The translations under genes were made by a program, and so were the position numbers. 64,000 nucleotides of DNA from Kiritimatiellia bacterium. GTDB lineage: Bacteria; Verrucomicrobiota; Kiritimatiellia; RFP12; UBA1067. Shown one piece after another: positions 49,332-59,123 of the stretch. Where the stretch lies: NCBI GenBank assembly GCA_050949565.1, contig JBMNFY010000017.1:1280001-1344000 (forward strand), given 5' to 3'. A model generated the notes under the pieces. The model did not search any database and was not told the origin of the DNA. It worked only from the letters and a program-made list of their open reading frames with translations. Position 1 is the first letter of the stretch, and each line of letters starts with the position of its first letter.

Positions 49332-49452
49332 CTTCGCGCCTTCGCGCGAAATAACCGAGCAGTGCTTTTACTCTCACGGTTGCGAGCCACTGCGTGGTCG
49401 CAATAAGAAAGGTTGACTCGCGACCCGCGACTTACGACTTGCGGCACTGCCC
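49332..49452. mobile_element. ~120-bp dispersed MITE-like repeat, copy 2
   Basis: Similar to 35753-35876 (AACCGAGCAGTGCTTTTAC...GTGGTCGCAATAAGA...CGACTTGCGG...GCACTGCCC). Confidence 0.6.
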
Positions 49453-49547
49453 AAAAAACGCTCAACACCCAACGTTCAACGCCGAAGTGAAAAAACTCCT
49501 AAATCCTAAATCTTAAATCCTAAATCCGCATGGCGCGCACCATGCGC

Positions 49548-49576
49548 TTGAACCGCACCGTTCTGAGTGATAAGAT
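49548..49576 (+). promoter_or_regulatory. Putative sigma70 promoter of cmk
   Basis: TTGAAC-N17-TAAGAT with extended TG. Confidence 0.45.
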
Positions 49577-49602
49577 CAAGTCATCAATAAAGGAAACCCG
49601 AT

Positions 49603-50286
49603 ATGAGTCGAGTCATCGCGATTGACGGCCCCTCCGGCGCGGGCAAGTCGTCTGTGTCCAGGCGCGTCGGCCAACACCTTGGTTTTTTGCATGTCGATTC
49701 CGGCGCACTCTACCGCATCATGACCTGGCAGTGCCTGCAGAACGGCATTGACACGTCCGATCCAGAAGCGGTTGCCGCCTTCGCGCAGACGGTCGAAGTC
49801 GAGTGCGAACCGCGCGACGGCGCGATCATCTATCGCGTGCAGGGGCAAGAGCCGGGCGATGCCATCCGCACACCGGAGATCAACCGCCACGCCAGCCCAG
49901 TCGCCACGGTCAAGGCTGTGCGCGACCGCATAACCGATTGGCTGCGCGGCATGACGCGCTTCGGTGACCTGATCGTGGAGGGGCGCGACATCACGACCGC
50001 CGTATTCCCGGAATCGCCGGCGCGCTTCTATCTCGTGGCCAGCGCCGAGGCGCGCGCCGAACGCCGCCGCAAAGAGGAAGTCGAGAAAGGCATCGCCAAC
50101 CAGTCGGCGGAGGAGGTTAAGCGTTCGTTGCTGGCGCGCGACGCGATCGATTCCACACGCCAGCACGCTCCGCTGCGCAAAGCCGATGGCGCGCTGGAGA
50201 TCGACAGCACTTACTTGACGCTCGACCAAGTGGTACAGACCGTGCTCGACGCACTGCCAGCCGCATGGAAGGAGGGTAACGCATGA
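49603..50286 (+). CDS. cmk: Cytidylate kinase
   Basis: IAIDGPSGAGKS, DSGALYR, VEGRDI, RDAIDSTR..APL. Confidence 0.96.
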   Translation: MSRVIAIDGPSGAGKSSVSRRVGQHLGFLHVDSGALYRIMTWQCLQNGIDTSDPEAVAAFAQTVEVECEPRDGAIIYRVQGQEPGDAIRTPEINRHASPVATVKAVRDRITDWLRGMTRFGDLIVEGRDITTAVFPESPARFYLVASAEARAERRRKEEVEKGIANQSAEEVKRSLLARDAIDSTRQHAPLRKADGALEIDSTYLTLDQVVQTVLDALPAAWKEGNA

Positions 50287-50411
50287 CCATCGCCGGTTGG
50301 ATCACAATGATACTCTGCTGGAGTTTTGTCACCGGCTTCAGCGTGTTCCTGATTGTCCGGACACTGCGCGATCCCCGCCACTCCGACGAGCAACCCCCGC
50401 AAAACACGTGA
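50283..50411 (+). CDS. 42-aa single-TM small protein
   Basis: MTIAGWITMILCWSFVTGFSVFLIVRTLRDPRHSDEQPPQNT; GGAGG RBS; ATGA overlap with the cmk stop. Confidence 0.65.
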   Translation: MTIAGWITMILCWSFVTGFSVFLIVRTLRDPRHSDEQPPQNT

Positions 50412-50714
50412 TGCCGGACGCCACAGGTGCCTTATGAAGCGCACGCCCTCTTGCTGGATACGGCTGTCGGCCATTGCTATTGTTGTCGCGAGGGGCGTCC
50501 TCGTCGGCAACGCAAAAACTGTTTTCAAAGGTGATTTCGCGCCGCAGGAGGGCAAAAATCCTTGATCAGGAATGAACTGATATGGCATGGAAACCGCGAA
50601 GACCGCCGTGCGTCCTTCATGTCCAGCGTTCTTCATTGAGTGCGGCGAAGCCTCGTGTTACCATAGAACGACCATTCATCCATGTGAAGGACGTATTTAA
50701 AACGGGAGGACAAG

Positions 50715-51479
50715 ATGCTTGCTACGCGTGTCATTCGTTTTGTGCTTTTGGGCCTGTTCCTGCCCGGATTCGTGCTGTTTGGGAAAGAGCCGACCGACCT
50801 GCAACTCTTTCTGCTGATCGGCCAGTCCAACATGGCGGGGCGCGGCAAGGTCGAAGCCGCCGATCAAGTGCCGCATCCGCGCATCCTGATGCTCGACAAA
50901 AACAATGCCTGGGTGCCTGCTATGGACCCCGTACATTTCGACAAGCCTAAAATCGCGGGCGTGGGCCTCTGCTCTGAGTTCGCGCGCTGTGTCGTTGCGG
51001 CGGAACCGCAGACTGTCGTAGGGCTCGTGCCCTGCGCATTTGGCGGCACGACGCTGGATCAGTGGCGTCCGGGATCGGCGCTTTACACCAACGCGGTGGC
51101 CCGTATGCGCGCGGCCATGCAGAACGGACGATTGCGGGCGATTCTGTGGCATCAGGGCGAGGGAGATAGTTCGGCGGCCAAGACCGCGACATATCCGGTG
51201 CGTTTCAGCGCAATGATCGCGCAGCTGCGCAGCGACTTGAACGCGCCTGACGTGCCGGTACTGGTGGGTGAGTTGGGACATTATCGCGACGCCTATGCCG
51301 GCTTCAACGCGATGCTACCGCAGGCGGTCCAAGCAGTGCCGAACAGCGCGCGTGTCTCTTCGGAGGGACTTGGCGCGAACAACGATAACGTACATTTCAA
51401 TCGCGAGGCGTTGATCACATTCGGGCGGCGCTATTTCGAAGCGTACGAGAAACTGCGAAAAGCCGCCGGGCAACGTTGA
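50715..51479 (+). CDS. SGNH carbohydrate acetylesterase (SASA/CE6-like), secreted
   Basis: GQSNMAGRG, CAFGGT, ILWHQGEGD, DNVHF. Confidence 0.9.
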   Translation: MLATRVIRFVLLGLFLPGFVLFGKEPTDLQLFLLIGQSNMAGRGKVEAADQVPHPRILMLDKNNAWVPAMDPVHFDKPKIAGVGLCSEFARCVVAAEPQTVVGLVPCAFGGTTLDQWRPGSALYTNAVARMRAAMQNGRLRAILWHQGEGDSSAAKTATYPVRFSAMIAQLRSDLNAPDVPVLVGELGHYRDAYAGFNAMLPQAVQAVPNSARVSSEGLGANNDNVHFNREALITFGRRYFEAYEKLRKAAGQR

Positions 51480-51488
51480 GCTTGCGTT

Positions 51489-52547
51489 ATGTCTCACACC
51501 GAAAAAAAGATGTTGTGGTGGGGGCGGTCGGATCCTGAGTACTCGCGGAACGGCGTGCTGCGTCAACACTTGCGGGCACTCGGTTGGGAGATCGCGGACT
51601 TTTCTCCGAGGGTTTCGTCTCTGGGTGACATCGAGGCCGCGCTGCGTCGACTGCCTCGGCCTGACGTCGTGTGGGTGCCGTGTTTCCGTCAGCGCGACGT
51701 GTCGGCCGCACGCCGCTGGTGCGACCGCAAGGGTGGTGTGCCGCTGGTGTTTGATCCACTGATCAGCGCGTACGACAAGCAGGTGTGGGAGCGTTTCAAA
51801 TTCAAGGAGGGCGACAGCGGTGCGAAGCGTTTGCTGGCGTGGGAGCGCGCCTGTTTCGCCAAGGCCGACCGGGTGCTTGCCGATACCGCGAGCCACGTCG
51901 CGTATTTCGCAGAGACGCTGGAGGTTCCGCGCGAGAAGCTCCACTTGGTTTACGTCGGCGCGGATGAGACACTTTTCCGGCCCGCGCCGGCGCGGACGCC
52001 GGGCGCGCCGATTGATGTGCTTTTTTACGGTAGTTTCATTCCGCTGCACGGCGCGCATACGATCATCGAGGCCGCGCGCATTTACCAAGGACCGCCTGTC
52101 CGCTGGTGTCTGCTGGGCGATGGCCCGGCAAAACCGGCGTGTCAGCAGGCAGCCGATACGTTGCCGAACGTCGTATTTGAAGCGCGCATTCCGTACACTG
52201 TGTTGCCGGAACGCATCCACCGTGCCGACATTCTGCTCGGTGTGTTTGGCGAGACGCAGAAGGCTGGACGCGTGATCCCCAACAAAGTGTTTCAGGCGCT
52301 GGCATCGGGACGGCCTGTGGTGACGCGCGTGTCGGAGGCATATCCGGCGGCGGCGCGGCAGAGTGAGGCGATGGCCTGGGTGCCGCCCGGTGACGCGCAC
52401 GCCTTAGCCGACGCGGTGGCGGCGTGGGCATCGGAGCCGGCACGGCTTGCCGCGCGTAACCAAGCCGCACGCGACCTCTACGAAAGCTGCTTTGCGGCGA
52501 CGGTGGTTCGTGAGCAACTCGCGGCGGCGTTGGACGGACTAGGTTAA
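51489..52547 (+). CDS. Glycosyltransferase family 4
   Basis: FYGSFIPLHG, ADILLGVFG...VIPNKVFQALASGRPVVT. Confidence 0.9.
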   Translation: MSHTEKKMLWWGRSDPEYSRNGVLRQHLRALGWEIADFSPRVSSLGDIEAALRRLPRPDVVWVPCFRQRDVSAARRWCDRKGGVPLVFDPLISAYDKQVWERFKFKEGDSGAKRLLAWERACFAKADRVLADTASHVAYFAETLEVPREKLHLVYVGADETLFRPAPARTPGAPIDVLFYGSFIPLHGAHTIIEAARIYQGPPVRWCLLGDGPAKPACQQAADTLPNVVFEARIPYTVLPERIHRADILLGVFGETQKAGRVIPNKVFQALASGRPVVTRVSEAYPAAARQSEAMAWVPPGDAHALADAVAAWASEPARLAARNQAARDLYESCFAATVVREQLAAALDGLG

Positions 52548-53431
52548 GTTAAATAGGGCACCAGTTCATCGAGCGCGAGCCGGATGTCGAGGTGGTCGTA
52601 GAAGCGTCGGCACTCGCGCACATTCTCGGTCGGGGGTTGGCCGTCCGGATAGTAGACGGTGTCGAAGACCGTACGCGACCAAGGGCCGAAGGGCGCGGAG
52701 CGCACCCAGTTGGTGGCACCGAAGAGGCCGATCGTCGGGGTCTTCATCACGGCGGCGATCTGCATTGCCGCAGAGTCAGTGGACACCGTCAGGAATGCGC
52801 CGGCGAGCAGGTGTTTGAGCTGTTGGATAGAGGTTTGTCCCGCGCGGTTTTCGCAGTGTCCGACGAGTTGTCCCGCGAGGTGTGTGACATATTCACGCTC
52901 GTCGGGTGCGCCGGTCAGCACAAACGGCAGGCCGAAACGTTCATGCAGCACGGTGCTGATCTCACGCCACTTGGCATCGGGCAGACGCTTAGAGAGCCAG
53001 TTGGGCGAGCTGCCCGCATTGAGCACGATGTAGTCGCGCGGCTTGGACGTGAAGGTCAGATCGAGCGGACCCAACAGACCGGTGGGCTCCATGATCGCGC
53101 GCCAGGCTTCCTGTGCGGAGAGCACATGCGCCTTGAAGCGGCGCTCGGCGATCTGGCGCGCTCCTGAAAGACGCGTCAGGAAGCGGCTACGGTCATTACT
53201 CTGTAGGTCGATCAAGAGGTCGAGCCGCTGACGGCGCATATCGCGCACGAAGCGTCCCATCGAGCGCAGCCGCTTGTCGCGCAGGACAACGAAGCTCTCG
53301 AACTCATCCTGATACAGTGCCTGGCCGAGGGGCATGGTCAGTACCACCGGTTTGATCGTCAGTGCGCGGATGAACGGCAGGGCCAGCGCCAAGTCGCCCA
53401 GTGCGCTAAGTCTAAGGACAGCGATTTTCAT
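52544..53431 (-). CDS. Glycosyltransferase family 9 (heptosyltransferase-like)
   Basis: RLSALGDL, DLLIDLQ, DSAAMQIAA..KTPTIGLFGAT. Confidence 0.9.
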   Translation of the reverse strand: MKIAVLRLSALGDLALALPFIRALTIKPVVLTMPLGQALYQDEFESFVVLRDKRLRSMGRFVRDMRRQRLDLLIDLQSNDRSRFLTRLSGARQIAERRFKAHVLSAQEAWRAIMEPTGLLGPLDLTFTSKPRDYIVLNAGSSPNWLSKRLPDAKWREISTVLHERFGLPFVLTGAPDEREYVTHLAGQLVGHCENRAGQTSIQQLKHLLAGAFLTVSTDSAAMQIAAVMKTPTIGLFGATNWVRSAPFGPWSRTVFDTVYYPDGQPPTENVRECRRFYDHLDIRLALDELVPYLT

Positions 53432-53534
53432 GTGTTTACGGTATCAAAGGGTGTCCGGATCGTTATTCACTTCTCCAACCCTCATAGAAAGCTGTAGTAT
53501 ACCGGGTGCCCCAGCTTCGGGCAACTGTTGGTTA

Positions 53535-54836
53535 CTATCGCTTCCTCCTGCGCAGCAGACGGTGGAGCGTTACGGCATAAAATCCCAGAAACGCGATAAA
53601 GGTCAGGATCGTCAACTTCTGGCAGGTCGGCACATACGGCGCGAACGGTAACAGCTTGAAGCGGTGCGCCAGCAGAAATGCCTCCAAAACCGCCACCTGG
53701 GCACAACACCAGATCAGCCAGCTCCAGCGGACCGTAGCGCTGATGCGTGGACGGGACTGGCGGACGGTCAGCAAAATCAGTGCTGGCGCGCCACCTCCCG
53801 CTGCGGCGAAACAACCGACGTTGTGGTAGAACCCGTTCACATTTTCGGGGATGAAAGCGATCGTCAGTAGGCCGGCCGCAGTGAGCGCGCACCCCCAGAG
53901 CAAGCCGGCTTTTTTGCGTGCGCCTTTGACGAAACAGGCCAGCGCGGGAGAGAAGCGAAAAACCGCCCAGGCGCTGAGTGCCATACCGGCGGTGAACAGA
54001 TAGTGGCAGGCCGGATAGTCGACACCGTTGAGGCGCGTGCGCCCGAGCGTGCTCAACATACGCATGCAGGGGTTGTATCTCACCTTGCCGGGATAGAGCG
54101 CCGCCGCGCTCAAAAAGAGCAGCAATATGATGGTACCGCCCATAAACACGACATACGGCGTTGCGCGAAGCTGACGCAAACGGGCGGAGGGGCGTGGTGC
54201 ACACCCGCAACGCAGGATCGCCACTGCAATCAGCGCCAGGCTGGCGAGATAGGTGACGCCCACCATCTTTGACAGGTGCGGTACGCGCAAGATCCGACCG
54301 AACACAATCATCGCGTCAGAGAAAAACAACATGCCTAGACCGTAGTTCCAAGCTCGGGAAAGCCGGTGGGTACCGCATGCAATCGAGACGCTGAAAATCG
54401 AGAGCAGCGCATACGCGCTCAGTGCCCAGGCCAGGCGGGGCGACGCCAATGCCGGTATCACACGCGCTGCGAAGAGCACGCCGAGGCTGAACGCCAGACC
54501 AAACGCGAGGCGCGGATTCCACGTTGCATGTTGTCGCAGAAAGGCGATCCAGCAGAGGTGCGCTAACGCAAACCCCGCCACGCCGTACAAAAAACCGTCA
54601 GAGTGGAGCGGTGCCCCGCGCACCGCCAAAAAATAATCGCCGAGCATCGTGGCCGCCAGCCCGCACCACGCCAACCAATACGAACGGCACGGGCGACCAC
54701 CCCGCATGATCGCGACAGCCGTCACCAGCAGCAACAACATCGTGAAGCTCAACAGCCAAAGATTCGCCACAAACAACGATTCCTCCAGATTGACGTGCCC
54801 CACATCGTACCATACCCGGCGGTACCCCTCAAACAA
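53535..54836 (-). CDS. YhhN/lysoplasmalogenase-like membrane protein fused to a second (DUF998-like) membrane domain
   Basis: LGDYFL, FLYGVAGFALAHLCWI, LFFSDAMI (YhhN); second half YNPCMRMLSTLG...FYHN; start codon uncertain. Confidence 0.65.
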   Translation of the reverse strand: MFEGYRRVWYDVGHVNLEESLFVANLWLLSFTMLLLLVTAVAIMRGGRPCRSYWLAWCGLAATMLGDYFLAVRGAPLHSDGFLYGVAGFALAHLCWIAFLRQHATWNPRLAFGLAFSLGVLFAARVIPALASPRLAWALSAYALLSIFSVSIACGTHRLSRAWNYGLGMLFFSDAMIVFGRILRVPHLSKMVGVTYLASLALIAVAILRCGCAPRPSARLRQLRATPYVVFMGGTIILLLFLSAAALYPGKVRYNPCMRMLSTLGRTRLNGVDYPACHYLFTAGMALSAWAVFRFSPALACFVKGARKKAGLLWGCALTAAGLLTIAFIPENVNGFYHNVGCFAAAGGGAPALILLTVRQSRPRISATVRWSWLIWCCAQVAVLEAFLLAHRFKLLPFAPYVPTCQKLTILTFIAFLGFYAVTLHRLLRRRKR

Positions 54837-54908
54837 CTCGCAGCAACAGCATGTTCAGAAAATCACAAAAGTAATAAACTGAACATAAAAGCCTCAGGAT
54901 GTGGTACA

Positions 54909-54955
54909 GCCCGCCAGCCAGCGGCCAGCGCAACGCTGGCCGCTGGCTGGCGGGC
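54909..54955. repeat. Perfect 22-bp stem hairpin
   Basis: GCCCGCCAGCCAGCGGCCAGCG-CAA-CGCTGGCCGCTGGCTGGCGGGC. Confidence 0.85.
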
Positions 54956-55102
54956 GCGCGCTTCCTTCAGGTGCTGAATGAAGGTCATTTTGGCATGAGG
55001 GAGGGGGCTTGGCAAGGCTGAACCGGCTCAGAGCAGGGAGCCGGGCTGCGCAAGGGCACAGCAAGGCCGGCCCTTCCCAATCAGCTTGGTTACACTGCGG
55101 CC

Positions 55103-56125
55103 ATGCTGGAGGGGGCCTTGGTGGCCACCAGCGGCGCACCTGCCTCCGTTTGGATCTACTGGGGCAGCACTGACGGTGGTGAGAATGCCGATGCTTGGGA
55201 ACATGTGGTCGCGCTGGGCACACGGGAGGCGGGACTGGTCTGGACCGAGGTCGCAGACCTTGCGGAGAACACCACCTACTACTACCGCCTCTTCGCATCG
55301 AACAGTTTCGGCGGGCGTTGGACGGGTACATCGGTCCGGTTCACGACGGCCTTCGAAACGCCCAGTGTCAAGCGCAACGGCTTGGTGCTCTGGCTGCGAG
55401 CCGATGCGGGTGTCCAGCACAGCAACGGCTGGGTACACGCCTGGGCCGATCAAGCGACGGATGTCGGCGGAGCGAATGATGCCGCCGCAGTCGGCAACTC
55501 CCGTCCCCTGTTCGTGCCGGAAGGTGTCGATGGACGCGCCGCGATCCGTTTTGACGGCACCGATGACTTCCTTGCGGTTCCCGACCACGATGCGCTCGAT
55601 CTGGGCACCGGTGCCGGTAAGGGCTGGACCGTCCTCACCGTGTATCTCCGCGAGAAGAATGGCACTCAGTACATCGTCTCCAAAGGCGGGCCAGAATCGG
55701 ATAAGACCGATTGGCGGCTCTTCTCCGAAGATGCGGGCGTGGTATGGGGTTCAGGCGCGTCATCAGATTCTAACGCATGGTTCCGGGTTGCAGAGCCTCC
55801 AGCCAATCAGCCGCACCTGTTGGCTGCCACGCTGACACAGACCGGAGAGACCGAGGGGACAAAAGTTTTCTACATCAACGGTCAACCGCATCCCTCAGGT
55901 CTGTATGCGGCTAAGGCATCAGCCAACGACCATCCGATGGTCATCGGCGGATTTGCCGCGTCTAGCGGCAACCTAGGTGGTCTTGTCGCCGAGGTCTTGG
56001 TCTTCAACCGTGTCTTGAACGAAGATGACCTCAATAACGCGGGCTGGTATCTGCAACAGAAGTACGGCATAAACGGGGCGTTTGAATACCGTGCGCCACG
56101 CGGCACGTTGCTCCAGCTCCGATAA
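55103..56125 (+). CDS. FN3-like + LamG-like protein, probably 5'-truncated
   Basis: YWGSTDGG...LAENTTYYYR FN3-like; LVLWLRAD...AEVLVFNRVL...YLQQKYG LamG-like; no signal peptide; in-frame TGA at 55019; ends PRGTLLQLR. Confidence 0.7.
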   Translation: MLEGALVATSGAPASVWIYWGSTDGGENADAWEHVVALGTREAGLVWTEVADLAENTTYYYRLFASNSFGGRWTGTSVRFTTAFETPSVKRNGLVLWLRADAGVQHSNGWVHAWADQATDVGGANDAAAVGNSRPLFVPEGVDGRAAIRFDGTDDFLAVPDHDALDLGTGAGKGWTVLTVYLREKNGTQYIVSKGGPESDKTDWRLFSEDAGVVWGSGASSDSNAWFRVAEPPANQPHLLAATLTQTGETEGTKVFYINGQPHPSGLYAAKASANDHPMVIGGFAASSGNLGGLVAEVLVFNRVLNEDDLNNAGWYLQQKYGINGAFEYRAPRGTLLQLR

Positions 56126-56150
56126 CGAAGTATGAGAAGAAAGAGAAAAC

Positions 56151-57826
56151 ATGAAGGCTTTTTTCGTGCGGGGAGTACTCGTCGGCGTGTTGTGTGTTTT
56201 GTCGGTGGACGCGGAAGAGGCGGTCTTTGTGAAGGCTGGCAAAGCGTCGGGGCTTTGCGTGGCGACCACTGACGCGACATGGAAGGAAGCCGAGGGCATG
56301 GTGGTGCTGCGCCATCCGAACGCCCTGTTTTACGGAGACCGCATTCCGGAGGGAAATGATATCGTCGTCCGGATCAAGATGTCGGTCGAAGGGCTTGAGC
56401 GTTCGGCCGCCTCCATCGTCATTGATGAGCGTCATCACATCGGACTTGAGGGCGCGTCGGGCAAAATGTTCACGGGAGGGCCGTTGTTTTCCGGTGAAAA
56501 GCTGGAACGTGATCCTCCGGCGGGCATCCGCGACGGAAAGGTGTTTGAACTGCTCATCGTGCATCGCAACGGCGAACTCATCGTGACGGTCGCAGGCGAG
56601 ACGGTCATTCACATGCGTGACGGACGTACGCGGTTCGGCTCCGTGGCCTTGCGGCCGTGGCGCAGCACAATGAACGTGGCGGATTTTTCAATCACCGCGC
56701 CGGCCTTTACCTCTGCAACTGAAGTCGTGTCGCGCGAAGCTCGTTGGAGGGCAGAGGCCAAACTGCCGCTGGTCGATCTGTCACAAGACCAGACGCGTCA
56801 GGTGGTGGTTGCTGCCGGCACGCCGGAGGTGTACCAGGGGCATCCGACCACCGTATCGCTGCCGGACGGGCGGACGATCTTCTGCGTGTGGTGCATCAAT
56901 CACGGCGGTGCGGCCGGTCCCATGGCGCGTAGCCGCGATGGCGGCCGTACTTGGGAGCGGCTGGACGCACGCATGCCGGAAGGTTACCGGACGCATCAAA
57001 ACTGTCCCAGTATCTACCGGTTGGTCGACGGCGCAGGGCAAGGCACGGCTGTGGGTCTGGTCTGCGGCCAAAGATACGCGCCAAGGTCCGCCGATGCCCA
57101 GCATCATGAGTGAGGATGACGGTGAAACATGGCGGGAGATGCCGCCGCTGGGTGAGGCGTTTTATTGCGTGATGACCTTCAGTAGCATGGTGCGGCTGAA
57201 TGACGGTCGTTATCTGGGGCTGTACCACCGAGGAGAGGGAAAAGGTGAAGGACGCACGTATCAGGAGGTCATGCAAACGCAGAGTAGCGACGGTGGCTTT
57301 ACATGGTCACCTCCTCGCTCGGTCGCGCGCGTGGCAGACAAAACGCCGTGCGAACCCTTTGTGTTCCGTTCGCCCGACGGTGACGAGCTGTGTTGCCTGA
57401 TGCGCGAAGACACCCACACGGGCTACAGCCTGCAGATGTTCAGCCGCGACGAAGGCGCGACGTGGAGCACGCCGACCGATACGGCGTGGGGACTGACCGG
57501 TGACCGCCACATGGGCGTCCGGACGCAGGACGGACGGATGGTTATCCGCGTTCCGAGACTGCGCGCCGCACTCACCCTCCAAGGGTCATTTCGTGGCGTG
57601 GGTTGGCACCTACGATGACATCCGGCAAGGTCGCCCTGGCCAGTATCGCGTCAAGTTGCTGCACGGCTACACACTTTTTGATCTTGGGTATCCCGGAATG
57701 GAACTGTTGCCGGACGGCACAATCGTCGCGACGACCTATCTGAAATATTGGAATGACGCGCGCAAACACTCCGTCGTCAGTACACTTTTCAAACTTGCCG
57801 AAACGGATGCCTTGTTGCGGAAGTAA
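56151..57826 (+). pseudogene. BNR/Asp-box sialidase-like gene split by two +1 frameshifts (or assembly errors)
   Basis: Signal peptide; YQGHPTT; Asp-boxes [32 protein letters not shown]; frame changes near 57030 and 57547. Confidence 0.75.
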
Positions 57827-57863
57827 CGATCACTGCGGTACACTTAACGACGAAAGGATACTT

Positions 57864-59015
57864 ATGCATCTCTCATTCTCAAAACTTTTCTTGGCTGGAT
57901 TGATCGTCGTGGGTGCGGCATACGGCGGCGGGTTTGCCACGTCCGCTAAGCTAGAGCATTTCTTGGGTGAACCGCTCTGCGAGCCGGCCCAGACGCTTTG
58001 GCAGGGACGCGGAGGCTGGGGCGGCATTGTGGCCGCTCGCGACGGTACGCTGGTTGTCTTTCAATCGCCCGGCGGCGGCACCTGTCGGCGTAGTCGGGAT
58101 GGCGGTCGCACGTGGGATGCGGAGATCCTGCTTGCGCCGGACGCGAAGAACGGCAACGCGCTGGTAGACGAGACCAATGGCGATCTGCTCTACATCAATC
58201 CCTGCGAGGGCTGGCTGTTCCGCAGTCGTGACAACGGGGCCACATGGACGCGCGAAACGTGCGAACTCCGGCCCGATGGCTTTGGCCTGAAACCGGGGCT
58301 GGAAGGGGTCGGTGCCATGCAGGCCGGCATCACGCTTGCATTCGGCGCGCGCAAGGGGCGCCTGCTCTCGCCGGCCCGTATCATGGGACCCAAAAACTCG
58401 AACGATGTGCCGTGGCGTCCCTACCACTACAGCACCGCGCTTTTCAGTGATGACGGTGGCAAGGTGTGGCAGACCAGTAAACCGTTCCCGGTGATGGGAA
58501 CCGGCGAGGCCGCGCTGGCCGAACTGTCCGATGGGCGCATCCTCTACAATTCGCGCGAGCACATGAGTCCGGGCAACCGCTTTTTCGCATGGAGCCATGA
58601 CGGCGGCGAGTTGTGGATCAACGCATCGCGCAGTCCAGACCTGCCCGACGGCGTGAGGGGCTCCTCGTACGGTTGCATGGGCGGCATGCTGCGCCTGCCG
58701 ATCGCCGGGCGCGACATTCTCATCTACAGCAACCTCGATACCGATGCGGGAGAGATGCCGCGTCAAGTCGGTGCTTCCACCAGCAAAGGACGCGAGAAGG
58801 TGAGCGTGTGGGCGAGCCTTGACGGCGGTGCCACATGGCCGGTGAAGCGTCTGGTGTATGACGGTCCGAGTGCCTATTCCAACCTGGGAGTCGGACGCGC
58901 CGGAACACCGAGCCAAGGCCGGATCTTTCTGGTCTTCGAAGCGGGTGCCAAACAATGCTACGAATCGGTGCGGGTCGTCGCGTTCAATCTGAGCTGGCTG
59001 CAGAATACGAAGTAA
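57864..59015 (+). CDS. BNR-repeat sialidase/exo-alpha-sialidase-like protein (GH33-like)
   Basis: Asp-boxes [40 protein letters not shown]; GPSAYS. Confidence 0.88.
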   Translation: MHLSFSKLFLAGLIVVGAAYGGGFATSAKLEHFLGEPLCEPAQTLWQGRGGWGGIVAARDGTLVVFQSPGGGTCRRSRDGGRTWDAEILLAPDAKNGNALVDETNGDLLYINPCEGWLFRSRDNGATWTRETCELRPDGFGLKPGLEGVGAMQAGITLAFGARKGRLLSPARIMGPKNSNDVPWRPYHYSTALFSDDGGKVWQTSKPFPVMGTGEAALAELSDGRILYNSREHMSPGNRFFAWSHDGGELWINASRSPDLPDGVRGSSYGCMGGMLRLPIAGRDILIYSNLDTDAGEMPRQVGASTSKGREKVSVWASLDGGATWPVKRLVYDGPSAYSNLGVGRAGTPSQGRIFLVFEAGAKQCYESVRVVAFNLSWLQNTK

Positions 59016-59052
59016 CGCCCAACGCCGACCATCGAACGCCCAACGCCGAACT
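59014..59052. repeat. 7-mer tandem array starting in the sialidase stop codon
   Basis: AACGCCC AACGCCG ACCATCG AACGCCC AACGCCG AACT. Confidence 0.7.
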
Positions 59053-59123
59053 CGGAAGTATGGAAGCCGGAAATCCCGAAACCAAATTGCATTCGCGGCG
59101 GGGGGAGAGTATGATGAGCGGTG

